A stretch of DNA of 64,000 bases from Octopus vulgaris (Eukaryota), in NCBI GenBank assembly GCA_951406725.2, contig OX597817.1:38502001-38566000 (forward strand). Reading direction: 5' to 3'. The notes under the pieces were generated by a model. The model did no database searches and was not told where the DNA came from. It worked only from the letters and a program-made list of their open reading frames with translations. Made by a program: the position numbers and the translations under genes. The stretch's first letter is position 1; each line of letters opens with the position of its first letter. Positions 1 through 12,276 of this stretch are shown one piece after another.

Positions 1-59
1 CACGCATTCATTCACCACTCAGTCGCTCACTCTACTTCCCTGTCTCCTCAGTGAACTCT

Positions 60-720
60 AACATGGTTTCCCTAAAGGCTGAGATACCGAAGGCTTACTC
101 ATATATTACTCAGCAATGATCTTTCGCCCTTGAGAAATTCCATGGGCGCAATGCTGTTGACGTCAGTAACGCCTTTGAACCGTATCTGGTATATGGTCCT
201 CCCTACTATCTACATTGTCTCTATAGACTACATTAGTCTCTGATTTCTTAGACTGGAAGCTTTTTTTTTTTGCAGACCGCTGTATTATGATCTCTCCAAC
301 CCACGTTCTATCACGTCTAATGTACTTCAGGGCTTCCTCAATGATATCTCCTCGTAGTCTTCTTTCTGTATATTATTGATCAAACTGCCGTCACAGCCAA
401 CAATGCAAACTTCTAAATACACGATATTCTCATTTCAGTCTTCCTTAATTTTTCATTAACCCCAAACCCTCTAACCAGATGTGCATTATGCTATCCTTCT
501 TCCATGCAATAAAAATATGTGACTGCAACCCTACGGAACGCTCTCTCGACTTTTTTATTTTTTTCGTACAAAACATCAAGCTGCCAAAGTTCAAGCTGAA
601 CATCAGCTGTAATAATCTGAGACAGCCTGCAAGAATCATAGCTACTTCCTTTACATTTCTCTAAAATATAAAAAATAAAACCCATACGTTTTATTTTCAA
701 TATTTTCAATATTTCTCATA
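60..720 (+). pseudogene. Highly decayed non-LTR retrotransposon RT fragment (CR1/Jockey-like)
   Basis: 153-176 reads AVDVSNAF followed by a frameshifted RIWY (cf. ALDISKAFDRVWH). 316-333 reads SNVLQG (cf. SGVPQG), followed by an FLYIID-like segment. No long ORF. Confidence 0.5.
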
Positions 721-972
721 ACGTCTTACACAACACAATTCTGGGAAACATTCTTACAAATTTGCTCAGATACAAGTCTTTTCTCTAATTATTTTGTTTC
801 CTCCACGTTCAAAGTTTATTATTCTGCAAGTTAAGCAACTACTCCCCACTAGTACAATCTCCGTACACTAAATACTGACCTATTATCTTCTCAGAAATTT
901 TTTTATTTTTTCCATGAATCTTTTCTGCGAAAGGACTGATAACACGAATGAGGGCTAATGTGAAACAGACTT

Positions 973-1102
<130 letters not shown>

Positions 1103-1970
1103 AGGTGCGGATTTATGGGAAATGACAGTCAACAGAGAAACATGTCTCAAACGGGTACACAAGTACAAGAGTAGCGCTGATATCAAAGTAGGTTTACACA
1201 AACATCAATAACATTCTGAAGATTAGAAATCTTATATAACCAAAACGAATTTTTGTTAACTTATAAACAGAAATAATGAATTAAATCAAGGATAGACTTA
1301 CAAATATACCTAAATCAATAGATTTTTTTTTCTATTTAAATGGTAGGAAAGTTAAGGAAGTAGAAGCATCAGACAAAATACACTAAAACTTATTCTGAAT
1401 GAAATGCAAAGTATAAAATAAATGACGTCAATAACTAAGACGTGCCAGTAATATCATTTACTCCACTGGTTGTGACTGTCAACTGATGAAATTTGATTAA
1501 AAGCTGTGGGTATATATTTCTCTCTATCACACTCCTTAAATTTTCCAAGTATTTTTTATGTTCTAGCCACAGGTGGAATGATTATCACTACTATCTTTTT
1601 GCACAGGAGGTGATATGAAAAAAAATATGTATAAACTATTCATATACTAGATGTTATATACATGCATACACACACAAATACATAAACACACATACACAAA
1701 TACACATACACACACATATACACGCGCGCGCGCACTACCAGTAACGTAACTAGAGGTGTGCCTTTCAGGGCAATTCTTGAGATTGCGGCACCCCCATCCA
1801 CACCTCGGAACTCCTAGCCTATATAAGCTTACACAGCAGACCCAAAAGTGCCAGCTCCCTGTAAAAGTGTCACTTGTCCACCACCTCACCTGCGTTACTG
1901 TAACATCCTGCCTCTTTACCACCTTTTTAACTTTCGCACTCTCCTCTCACTTTGCATTGTCCTTTACACA

Positions 1971-2474
1971 CAGGGTCTCCAACCACCGGGCTGTGGATCA
2001 TTTGGTACCGAGCTGCATAGAAAAATAACTTTTTAAAAATTTTATTGCTATATTTCATTGACTCTCGCAGTTTTCATGGCGTTTTATTTTGATAACTTAC
2101 CACTTCCGTTTGTGCCTCTTTTCTGCACTTATCTAAGTCACAGTTTTTTTTCACGTACTGATAAATCAAACCCACAAACTAACTGTAGCATTATTAAGAG
2201 CGGTAAATCCCTTGTTTGTTTTTATTTGTTTTTTCATTTTTGCATTCCAAAAATAAATGTAATAATAGTTATAATAGTAGAAATAAAGAGCATAATATAC
2301 AACGTAACAAGTACATTCACATACATGTAATAATTAAATTATATATGCACTTTATATGTACTTTATACTTTATTGCGTTCTGTTATGCGCATGATCTCCT
2401 GGTCCATGGGAAAATTGTCTTATATGAAACCGGTCGGTAGTGCAAAAAAAAAGAAGAAAAGGTTGGGCCAGCTG
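1971..2474. mobile_element. Non-autonomous hAT (Charlie/MER1-like) MITE
   Basis: Imperfect TIRs CAGGGTCTCCAACC / GGTTGGGCCAGCTG. Subterminal GGTCCATGGGAAAATTGTCTT...GAAACCGGTC..GTGCAAAA resembles MER1/Charlie3 ends. Flanking direct repeat CTTTACAC(A) at 1962-1970 and 2475-2483 is compatible with an 8-bp hAT TSD. Confidence 0.75.
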
Positions 2475-3388
2475 CTTTACACATTAGAATATGAGCACAT
2501 GTGTAAACAAATTTGAATGTTTATTTATCTGCACATATTGCAATATGGGTTGAAAAAACTCAGTACACACTAGCACCATTTTAGACTGAATGTGGATGTA
2601 CTACTTTTGCTTGTTGATCAGTTCGTTTGTCAGATAACACTTGGAAATATTATGTGCCTACTTGGTGAAATTATATTAAAACACACGCACTCACATGTAC
2701 GTTCATATAAACACATGTGTACACTCATCCATCACAACACATACAGATACGTATATATATATATGCACGTATCGTTTTATAGTCCGAATTTCATTTGGTA
2801 GAGCCACAGAATTGGAGAAGTCGCAGAGTACTCAGAGAAAGCGAAACAGGAGAGTTTGTGTATAAAATAGTTCTGTCATCTTATGCACGTTTCATGAACA
2901 ATGAAAGATACCTGTTATGTAAAGAAACCTTATAAGCAGATTACATTGTCAAATCTTCAGTGGTTTCGTAATTCTCATTAGTAATCTTTAATATTCATAG
3001 TGGACTACCGAGAATGATACAGTATTGATTACCAAGAGCTGTGGTAGTCGAAGTGACATTGCCGGCAGTACATATTTATGTATTTTTAGGGAGCGATACA
3101 TCACATTGTCATGTTAGTGTGAGACAAAACTTTTGTTCCTTTATTGTTCTATGGCCTTCTATTCGGGTACCTATTGTTAATTTATTTCATTGTTTTTTAT
3201 GTGTAAGATTTCCTTATATGTGTACGCGCACGCGAGCGTGTTTGTGTGTGTGAGTGTGTGTTTGTATGTATGCGTGTGTGCATGTGTGTGCGTGCGAGCG
3301 GTTGTGTGTGCGTGTGCACGCGTGTATATATTTATATTTTTTTTATCTAGTTTCAGCTCACGAGCTGTGGCCATGCTGGGGCACCGCC

Positions 3389-3419
<31 letters not shown>

Positions 3420-3540
3420 AGAGTGAGAGAGAGAGAGAGGAGAGAGAGAGGAAGAGAGAGAGAGAGAAGAGAGAGAGAGAAAGAGAGAGGAAGAGAAAGA
3501 GAGAGGAAGAGAAAGGGAGAGGAAGAGAGAGAGAGAGAGA
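3389..3540. repeat. (TA)n followed by imperfect (GA)n tract
   Basis: Directly visible. Confidence 0.95.
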
Positions 3541-4166
3541 GTCAACACATGAACTAAAACACTTAATAGCGTTCAAATCATTTTGACTTATATTCCGAAA
3601 TCTTTACTGAAGATTTAGTTCGCGGGATAAATAGTGGTTATAAGAGGAATCCTATTGCGCAGATATGGAGTTAATGATACAAATAAGCAAATAAAACCGC
3701 TTGGGCTAGATCTGCAAAACATAAATGCATATATATCTAGAGAGAAAAGAAAGACTAAAAGTATTTACACCTGCAACGCTATACCTTCTCCCCTTAATTT
3801 TCTGTCTTTGTACTCTGTGTTAAGTTTGGTTTGTTAATATATAAATATCCATATATTTATACATGAATATTCATCGTCTGAATATTTCAGTCTTTGTTAT
3901 CTGTCTATCTACATGTGTGTGTATATATATATATATATAATTAATCAATATAGGGTGGCAAAAAAAATTTTGTAGAATTCTTTTGCCACCAGCGGCCTAG
4001 TGGGAAAAAATTAAATAGTCATAAACCATTTTTAAGTTCAACATCAACAATCAAGGAACGGCCATAATAGGCCATTCACCCACTAGAAATAACAGCCAAA
4101 AGCTTTAACCGCAAAATAACATTAATTCCGTAAACCAGGAGAAAATTGAAAAACATTTACCCTGTA

Positions 4167-4273
4167 ATTTCTTAGACGATGCACCGTTTCATCTACCGTT
4201 TAATGGTAAACTAACCTGATTAAATTAAATCAAGCCAATCCACCATAGGCCCTTAGACTCATCAGTAAGAAAT
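4167..4273 (-). ncRNA. Type I hammerhead ribozyme, copy 1
   Basis: Minus strand reads AUUUCUUA-CUGAUGA-GUCUA[long hairpin]UAGAU-GAAA-CGG-UGCA-UCG-UC^UAAGAAAU. It has an 8-bp perfect stem I, an intact core and a GUC cleavage triplet (cut between 4175 and 4174). Confidence 0.9.
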
Positions 4274-4657
4274 AGCCAAGTCGGAACAGATATTTTTCAC
4301 GAGGCATTCCTCTTGCTACCTCGGCAATATCTGACCTAAAATTTTCAAATCGTCGCACTCGCGCCAAATTTATCGGCAGCAAATAAATATAAGCCACCGA
4401 TTCCATTACGGAACTAACCAGAAAATTCATAATTAATCAATATAGGGTGGCAAAAAAATTTTGTAGAATTCTTTTGCCACCAGCGGCCTAGTGGGAAAAA
4501 ATTAAATAGTCATAAACCATTTTTAAGTTCAACATCAACAATCAAGGAACGGCCATAATAGGCCATTCACCCACTAGAAATAACAGCCAAAAGCTTTAAC
4601 CGCAAAATAACATTAATTCCGTAAACCAGGAGAAAATTGAAAAACATTTACCCTGTA

Positions 4658-4764
4658 ATTTCTTAGACGATGCACCGTTTCATCTACCGTTTAATGGTAA
4701 ACTAACCTGATTAAATTAAATCAAGCCAATCCACCATAGGCCCTTAGACTCATCAGTAAGAAAT
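4658..4764 (-). ncRNA. Type I hammerhead ribozyme, copy 2
   Basis: Same motif as copy 1, 491 nt away. Predicted cut between 4666 and 4665. Confidence 0.9.
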
Positions 4765-5436
4765 AGCCAAGTCGGAACAGATATTTTTCACGAGGCATTC
4801 CTCTTGCTACCTCGGCAATATCTGACCTAAAATTTTCAAATCGTCGCACTCGCGCCAAATTTATCGGCAGCAAATAAATATAAGCCACCGATTCCATTAC
4901 GGAACTAACCAGAAAATTCATAATTAATCAATATAGGGTGGCAAAAAAATTTTGTAGAATTCTTTTGCCACCAGCGGCCTAGTGGGAAAAAATTAAATAG
5001 TCATAAACCATTTTTAAGTTCAACATCAACAATCAAGGAACGGCCATAATAGGCCATTCACCCACTAGAAATAACAGCCAAAAGCTTTAACCGCAAAATA
5101 ACATTAATTCCGCGGTTAAAGCTTTTGGCTGTTATTTCTAGTGGGTGAATGGCCTATTATGGCCGTTCCTTGATTGTTGATGTTGAACTTAAAAATGGTT
5201 TATGACTATTTAATTTTTTCCCACTAAACCGCTGGTGGCAAAAGAATTCTACAAAATTTTTTGCCACCTATATTGATTAATTATGAATTTTCTGGTTAGT
5301 TCCGTAATGGAATCGGTGGCTATATTTATTTGCTGCCGATAAATTTGGCGCGAGTGCACGATTTGAAAATTTTAGGTCAGATATTGCCGAGGTAGCAAGA
5401 GGAATGCCTCGTGAAAAATATCTGTTCCGACTTGCT

Positions 5437-5546
5437 ATTTCTTACTGATGAGTCTAAGAGTCTACTATGGTGGATTGGCTTGATTTAATTTAATCAGGTT
5501 AGTTTACCATTAAACGGTAGATGAAACGGTGCATCATCTAAGAAAT
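5437..5546 (+). ncRNA. Type I hammerhead ribozyme, inverted copy 3 (AUC variant)
   Basis: ATTTCTTA CTGATGA GTCTA ... TAGAT GAAA CGGTGCATCA TC TAAGAAAT. A G>A change breaks the core-proximal C-G pair of stem III. Confidence 0.7.
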
Positions 5547-5924
5547 TGCAGGGTAAATGTTTTTCAATTTTCTCCTGGTTTACGGAATTAATGTTATTTT
5601 GCAGTTAAAGCTTTGGCTGTTATTTCTAGTGATGAATGGCTATTATGGCCGTTCCTTGATTGTTGATGTTGAACTTAAAAATGGTTTATGACTATTTAAT
5701 TTTTTCCCACTAGCCGCTGGTGGCAAAAGAATTCTACAAAATTTTTTTGCCACCTATATTGATTAATTATGAATTTTCTGGTTAGTTCCGTAATGGAATC
5801 GGTGGCTTATATTTATTTGCTGCCGATAAATTTGGCGCGAGTGCGACGATTTGAAAATTTTAGGTCAGATATTGCCGAGGTAGCAAGAGGAATGCCTCGT
5901 GAAAAATATCTGTTCCGACTTGCT

Positions 5925-6030
5925 ATTTCTTACTGATGAGTCTAAGGCCTATGGTGGATTGGCTTGATTTAATTTAATCAGGTTAGTTTACCATTAAACG
6001 GTAGATGAAACGGTGCATCATCTAAGAAAT
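5925..6030 (+). ncRNA. Type I hammerhead ribozyme, inverted copy 4 (AUC variant)
   Basis: Same motif and same G>A change as copy 3. Confidence 0.7.
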
Positions 6031-6149
6031 TACAGGGTAAATGTTTTTCAATTTTCTCCTGGTTTACAGAATTAATGTTATTTTGCGGTTAAAGCTTTTG
6101 GCTGTTATTTCTAGTGGGTGAATGGCCTATTATGGCCGTTCCTGATTGT

Positions 6150-6430
<281 letters not shown>

Positions 6431-7778
6431 TATACATACGTGTGTGTGCGTGTGCATGTATGTTTGTATGTATGCATGTGTCTATGTATACATGCATGTT
6501 TGTACGTAAAGTCAACTGACTGAGTCGTTAGCTCGTCGAATACACTATCTCACCACCCACCAAGTATACATCTTTCTTTCATTCTTTTATAAAGTGGGGG
6601 ATAAATAAAGTACCTGTGCAATACTGGGGTCAATTCTTCTCTCTGTCTCTGCCTCTTTCTCCTCCCCCAAAAATTTACTTTGGCCAGACCTGGAGAAACA
6701 TCGACTCTGCAAAGTTCAAATGGCTAAAACCTAACACAAGACAGAACAGCCAGCCCATCCGGAGAAGGGTCTTATTACTCATACACACACATACATGCAT
6801 ATATGTCGATGCATGTGCCTATGCATATTACATGAACACTGTTCCTATTTTGATCTTTTGTTTAATACTTTTTCTTTTCTTTGTTTTTGGAAAACAAACC
6901 ACGTAATATAGTGTGTGTTTGCGTGTGGCAAATATTAAGTCAAAAAGAAACGTAGTTTGTCCTCCTGAAAGCATTCCCTATAATGAATAAATCTGTCGTC
7001 ACTTTTTATGACACAGGTTTCACTACCACACACACGCACACATATATATTAATAGACTAGCATTGTTTACATATGCAAATATATTTGCATATATGTGCGT
7101 AGGCAAGGTGAAGAGGAAAAAAATGTGAACACATACAAGCAATTTCACTTGTTAGTATATGCTCCTTGCAATATCTGAGGAAACTAAAGCATTTGTTGCG
7201 ATGTTGTTTTTGAATGACTGGTTTTTTTTTTCTTCTTTTTTTTTTATTTTACGAATGCGTTTCCTATTTGATAGATTTGCTGAAGTTAAAAGTCTTCCAT
7301 CCAACTAGAAGACATGCAAAAATTTGTTCAATTTCCTGTTTCCTTTTGCTTAACAACCAAAGCCTAGTAACCACTTCCAAACCACATGTCAGCTGTTTCT
7401 TGAGAAATTTAAATTGTCACTGGACAATGACGACAACTGACGAAACAAAAACAAGAAAAACAGAAAAAACTAATGAGGAACACAAACAATAGAAACAAAT
7501 AAAATGGCAACGATTTTTCAAAAACATTAGAGCTGCACTATATGCCAAACAGGATTTGATTGAGAGTTGACTTCGTTCCGTGCGTATCGAGCAGTCGATA
7601 TATTAAATATCAGTAATATGTTCTAGTGAATTAATTTACATTTTACCCAAAATTAAATGAAAAGTTCTTACTAATTAAAGGAAGTGGTAAATATATATAT
7701 AACAAACGTTGATTTAAGTTTGCAGAATTAAATCAAATTTCGTAGTCGCTGCCCTCGATGAAGATTTCTTTTTACGTA

Positions 7779-7994
7779 TTGGTTTCAAATTGAGGCGCGA
7801 GGTCGACAGTTTTGGCAGTGGGATTAAGTCGATTACATCGACCCCAGTGTTCAACTGGTACTTGTTTTATCGACCCCGAAAGGATGAAAAGAAAAGTCAA
7901 CCTTAGCGGAATTTGAGCTCAGAACGTAAAGACGGACGAAATGCCGCTAAGCATTTTGTCAGGCGTACTAACGATTATTCCAACTCGCTGCCTT
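7779..7994 (-). mobile_element. tRNA-derived SINE family A (Meta-domain-like core GCCTTTCATCCTTTCGGGGTCGATAAAATAAGTACCAG)
   Basis: Near full-length reverse copy with a tRNA-like head (GAGTTCAAATTCC-type B box in the family). Many homologous copies in the window. Confidence 0.85.
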
Positions 7995-8348
7995 CTCCGT
8001 ATGTATTAAACAAATAATACATTCCGGTATTTAACCTTCTCGGGGAACATTGCTGAAAGAAATCTACCTTAGTCATGAGGGAGCTTCTACTCAAACTACT
8101 CCTAATACCAGGCAAATAAACTTTATAACACACCTTAGCGCATCAAAAGAAAGGATATGCTGGTTACATTATGTCTGAAACATATGAAGAGATGATTGTA
8201 GCTCGAAACTTTTTATTATAGGTCTGCTTGCTCAGGATTGAACTATAATCATAAACAAGAACAGCCTTGCTTCTTAATGCGTCGTTGGATCATCTAGGAC
8301 TCCGTTTTCGTGTTGAGTGATCGAGTCCAGCTTTCTTTAGGCTACATT

Positions 8349-8890
8349 GAGAAATCACAGGTACGACAAAATGAAAGAGAACTGAAATGATTTAATCGAT
8401 TATTGAACTATAATGAGAAATCGCAAGTGCGACAACAAATAAATGAACTGAAATGGTTTAATCGATAACTGAATTGCATTGAGAAATCCTAGGTATGACA
8501 AGAAATAAATAAACTGAAATAGTGTAATCGATAATTGAACTGTATTTAGAAATCACAGATGACTACAAATCAGTGAACTGAAATCGTTTAATCGATAAGT
8601 GAATCGTGTTGAGAAATCACAGGTACTACATCAAATGAATGAACTGAAATGGTTTAATCGATAATTGAACTGTATGGAGAAATCATAAGTTCGACAACAA
8701 ATTGGTGAACTTAAATAGTTTAATCGATAATTGAACTGTATTTAGAAATCACAGGTGACCACAAATCAGTGAACTTAAATAGCTTAATTGATAATTGAAC
8801 TATATTGAGAAATCATAGGTAGAACAACAAATGAATTAACTGAAATGGTTTAATCAATAACTGAACTGCATTGAAAATTCAGGTATGAAA
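8349..8890. repeat. Minisatellite, ~64-66-bp unit, ~8 copies
   Basis: Repeating GAGAAATCACAGGTACGACAACAAATGAATGAACTGAAATGGTTTAATCGATAATTGAACTGTATT-like unit. Confidence 0.9.
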
Positions 8891-9509
8891 ACAAACTGCA
8901 TTTGAAACGTATCGGTAGAAAATTTCATATAAAATATTCATTTTTCAGAAAATTATGAAGAAAAAAAACAGAAGGGCACTCTTTTACACTTATGTCAAAG
9001 TATAAACAAAGATGTTAAAAAAAAAAAAACTATATCGCAGTGTAAGACAACTATGTTGCAGTGAATAAAAATTAGTTTTGTGATTATATCCTGAAGTTAA
9101 AATCTTCGATAATAAAAGAAACTTGAAAAATATATATTGATAAAATATATATATTAAAATTGGGATTTAAAATTATTTTCTAGACAGTGCAGAATTTATA
9201 ATAATCGCTTTCTTTTAGTAAAAGTTACATATTCCAATCTAATTAACAATCAGCAGAGTCGAAAGAGAGTCAGATAGAATGCTTTGCAATATTTGTTACG
9301 ATTCTCTGCTCTCTGAGTTCAAACCCAACCGAGATAAACTCTGCCTCTCATCCTTTCGGGGTCAATAAAGGAGCAATAATCCAGAGCGATGGATTCGTAA
9401 GAACGTCGAACATGATGCTTTGCAGTATTTATTTCAGTTCTAAGAATTGTGAGTAAACCCTGCCATGGCCTCCATGTGTAATAGACTTAATCTGCCGTCC
9501 GATTTAAAT

Positions 9510-10009
9510 ATCGATATCCATCACACCTGGATGGGACTAAAGGCAGGTTGTCTCACCTGTCTATGACTTTTAGGTGTCTTAACACCCAGTGCTATGAGAG
9601 AGTCGTCCCCAAAGCGTTATGCAGCAGCGAACCGGCAAACAAGTAAAACATTGAGTATGTGCGGTGGATAAAGTTTACAACACTAGCACTGCTTTAAATT
9701 CCTAATTGAATTTAATCTTAGCTCTACATCGTCGTGATATAGCGACAAATTGTTCTTACACTATTTATATGTAGTCAAAGACTGGTGGTTCAGTTTACCC
9801 CTGGTTCGATTCAGATACGTGATGTTGATAAGCCACAAAAATGGTAAAATATCGATATGCATCGCTCTTGGATGAGACTAGAGGTGAGCTGTCTCGCCTG
9901 CATGTGACTTTCAGGTGTTTTAATACCCACTGCAATGAGGGAGTCGTCCCCAAAGCGCTATACCGCAGCCAACCGGCGAACAAGTAAAACACATACATTG
10001 AGTATGTGC
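9510..10009. repeat. Diverged direct repeat (~155-bp copies at 9510-9662 and 9851-10009, period ~341 bp)
   Basis: Both copies run ATCGATAT...GAGTCGTCCCCAAAGCG...AACAAGTAAAAC...ATTGAGTATGTGC. Confidence 0.8.
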
Positions 10010-10061
10010 AGTCGATAATATAATATTAGGGGGGCAAACTTAGACGCAAATACACACACAC

Positions 10062-10203
10062 ACGACGGGCTTCTTTCAGTTTCCATCTACCAAATCTATT
10101 CACAAGGCTTTGGTCAACCCGAGGCTATAGTAGAATAATCTTGCCCAAGGTGCCATGCAGTGAGACTGAACCTAGAATCATGTGGTTGGGAAGCAAGCTT
10201 CTT
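10062..10203 (-). mobile_element. tRNA-derived SINE family B (CORE-like), 5' half
   Basis: Reverse complement of GGCACCTTGGGCAAG...GGAAACTGAAAGAAGCCCGTCG. Confidence 0.8.
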
Positions 10204-10573
10204 ACGACTATGTATAACAGGATTATGAATGACACGTATTTTGAGATGAGCAAGCATTAGTGTGGATTTCCCAAAACTTTAAATTATAGTTTTTGATATG
10301 CTGCGACATATTTTTTGAGAAGCATTGCATTGTGCAAGTGAACTGAGCATAGAATAACACGTTTTCATTTTAATAAATAGCCTGCTATTTTATCTCTAAG
10401 AATTGTGGTGTTATATCACAACGAAATCCGCCAGTTTGCTCATCTTAGTTTAACCAAAAGACCCTAATGGTGCCTATTTTCATAATGTGAATTAATACAT
10501 ATGGATAGATGCATGTCTATGTATTTATTCAATTACTACAAAAACAGCGTTTCCCCAGAAAAAATGTTTATGT

Positions 10574-10908
10574 AGCACCTTGAGCAAGTATCTCCTACAA
10601 CACCATAGGGCCAACACATGCTTTGTGAATGAATCTGTTATATGGAAACTATGTGGAAGCCCATAATGTATATATATAAATATATATATGCGCGCACGTG
10701 TGTGTGTGTGGATATGTCTTTAAGCATGTGTGTTTTTGTGTATATCCCCATTACCACCACTTGACAAGCGGTGTTGGTTTGGTCACTTTCCTGTAACTTA
10801 GTGATTTCGGCAAAAGAGAAATAAGTACCGGGTCGATTTGTTCGATTAATCTCTTGAAACGGCGGCCCAATATGGCTGCAGTCCAATCACTGACACAAGT
10901 AAAAGATA
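10574..10908 (+). mobile_element. SINE family B, diverged copy
   Basis: AGCACCTTGAGCAAG..., internal microsatellite, CTTGACAAGCGGTGTTGG...CAAGTAAAAGA tail. Confidence 0.75.
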
Positions 10909-11149
10909 TCACTAAAAGTGTTAATGTTTCACGTAATAGCAGGCTGAGTAAGGAAAAGGGATGAAGGGAGGTGTGCGGCGGTGTGAAATGAGTAATACTT
11001 AGCGACTATAGAAAATAAGTTCTTATAACGAAGAAAGAAAGATAATTAAGCACCAAGTCAGCATTAAGTTGTTAAAATGAAGGATGGAGGGAATAATATA
11101 AACACATAATGAAATGGACCGACCTGACAGAGCAATGGATACTCGTTTT

Positions 11150-12274
11150 GCTACAATCCTCAAGAATAGTGTAGTTCTAGACACCCTACGCTTGAAAACA
11201 AGTGAGGATGGTTAAGCTAAACAACAAGTGAGAAAAGAATCTTGGAATGAGGTTAAATACCTAAATATTTGCATTGGGTTACTATCGCGAAGTTAACAAT
11301 GTACATATAATAAGGTTAATTTCCAAACCAATAATAAAATTTATTAACAAATGAAAGGAATGGTTCATCATTGTCTCCAGTAACAGCAAAACATCTACAA
11401 GGAGCATTTCGAAGACTTAGCCCTGGAAACTAGAACACTGAAACTTGTAACTCGATTAAGATAGATTGAATGATACCCCATGCAGACGCGCAAGTTTTTG
11501 TAGAACATCTGAACTCATTATGTATATCTATCCAGTTTAAACTGAAAAAGAAAAGAACATGTAACTATTGTTTATTGATGTGTAGGCTAAAAAACAGAAT
11601 CAGGAATCAGAACGTCATTGATTTGAAAGCCTGCTACCATTGAACTCTTATTAAGCTATAGGTTCTCCCACTGTCATCGTTAAGAGCGTGTTGAGTGATT
11701 ACATCAAGCAAAACCAGTAGGGCGAGGGACCGGCTTATACACGAGAAATTAGTTGGCACATTCTAAAAAATACATTCCTCAATAACACATACATAGTTCA
11801 TCATGTAAAAGCCACAGTCACTCTCTAGAACAAAGAGATTAAATTCCATTGTCTGCCTTATCAAAAGTGCTTGCCCGTGTTCAAAAGTAACACGACACGT
11901 CGCAATTCCTTTCCAAGTATGAACCTACTCTGAATGGTTAAAACCTAACTGCATCAGTAACATTCTATCTGTTTGCGGAAGGGCTTATAAAAGAAGAACT
12001 GGAAGATTCCTAAAGGTCAGAATAGATAAACATAATGAGGGGAGAAACATCTAAAACAGGAATGGCTGGACAAATATGACGAGACAGAAGGAATCATATA
12101 CTACTATGGAATGAAATTTCCGTAATAGATAAACAGCCGCGGTAGAGTCGTACAGAAACCTCAAACACGCAGCTTGCTGATAACCCAAATTGTGTGTCAG
12201 TGCCATTATTAGGTTAATATGGATGCCTGCAAGAGAAAAATGAATGTAAGCAAAGATAAATTAAAGTTTGTACA
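11150..12274 (+). pseudogene. Decayed Penelope-like element (RT + GIY-YIG endonuclease)
   Basis: Frameshifted GMGSSLSPVTANIYKEHFEDLALET (~11357-11431), an RYIDD-like remnant (~11460), HLNSL..SIQF and LLFIDV motifs, and a GIY-YIG C-terminal part CGRAY..TGRFLKVRIDKH (~11974-12033). Confidence 0.75.
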
Positions 12275-12276
12275 TA

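Noticed and set aside
4230-4430. 66-aa ORF repeated in each unit (also 4721-4921)
   Set aside because: No recognisable domain. It overlaps the ribozyme core, and its repetition only reflects the tandem duplication.
8349-8890. CRISPR-like periodicity (~65 bp)
   Set aside because: Whole units are homologous with no unique spacers, there are no cas genes, and the context is eukaryotic.
9930-9990. HDV-like ribozyme suggested by CGTCCCCAAAGCG and GGCGAA
   Set aside because: No P1/P1.1/P2 partners could be placed, and the other copy has GGCAAA.
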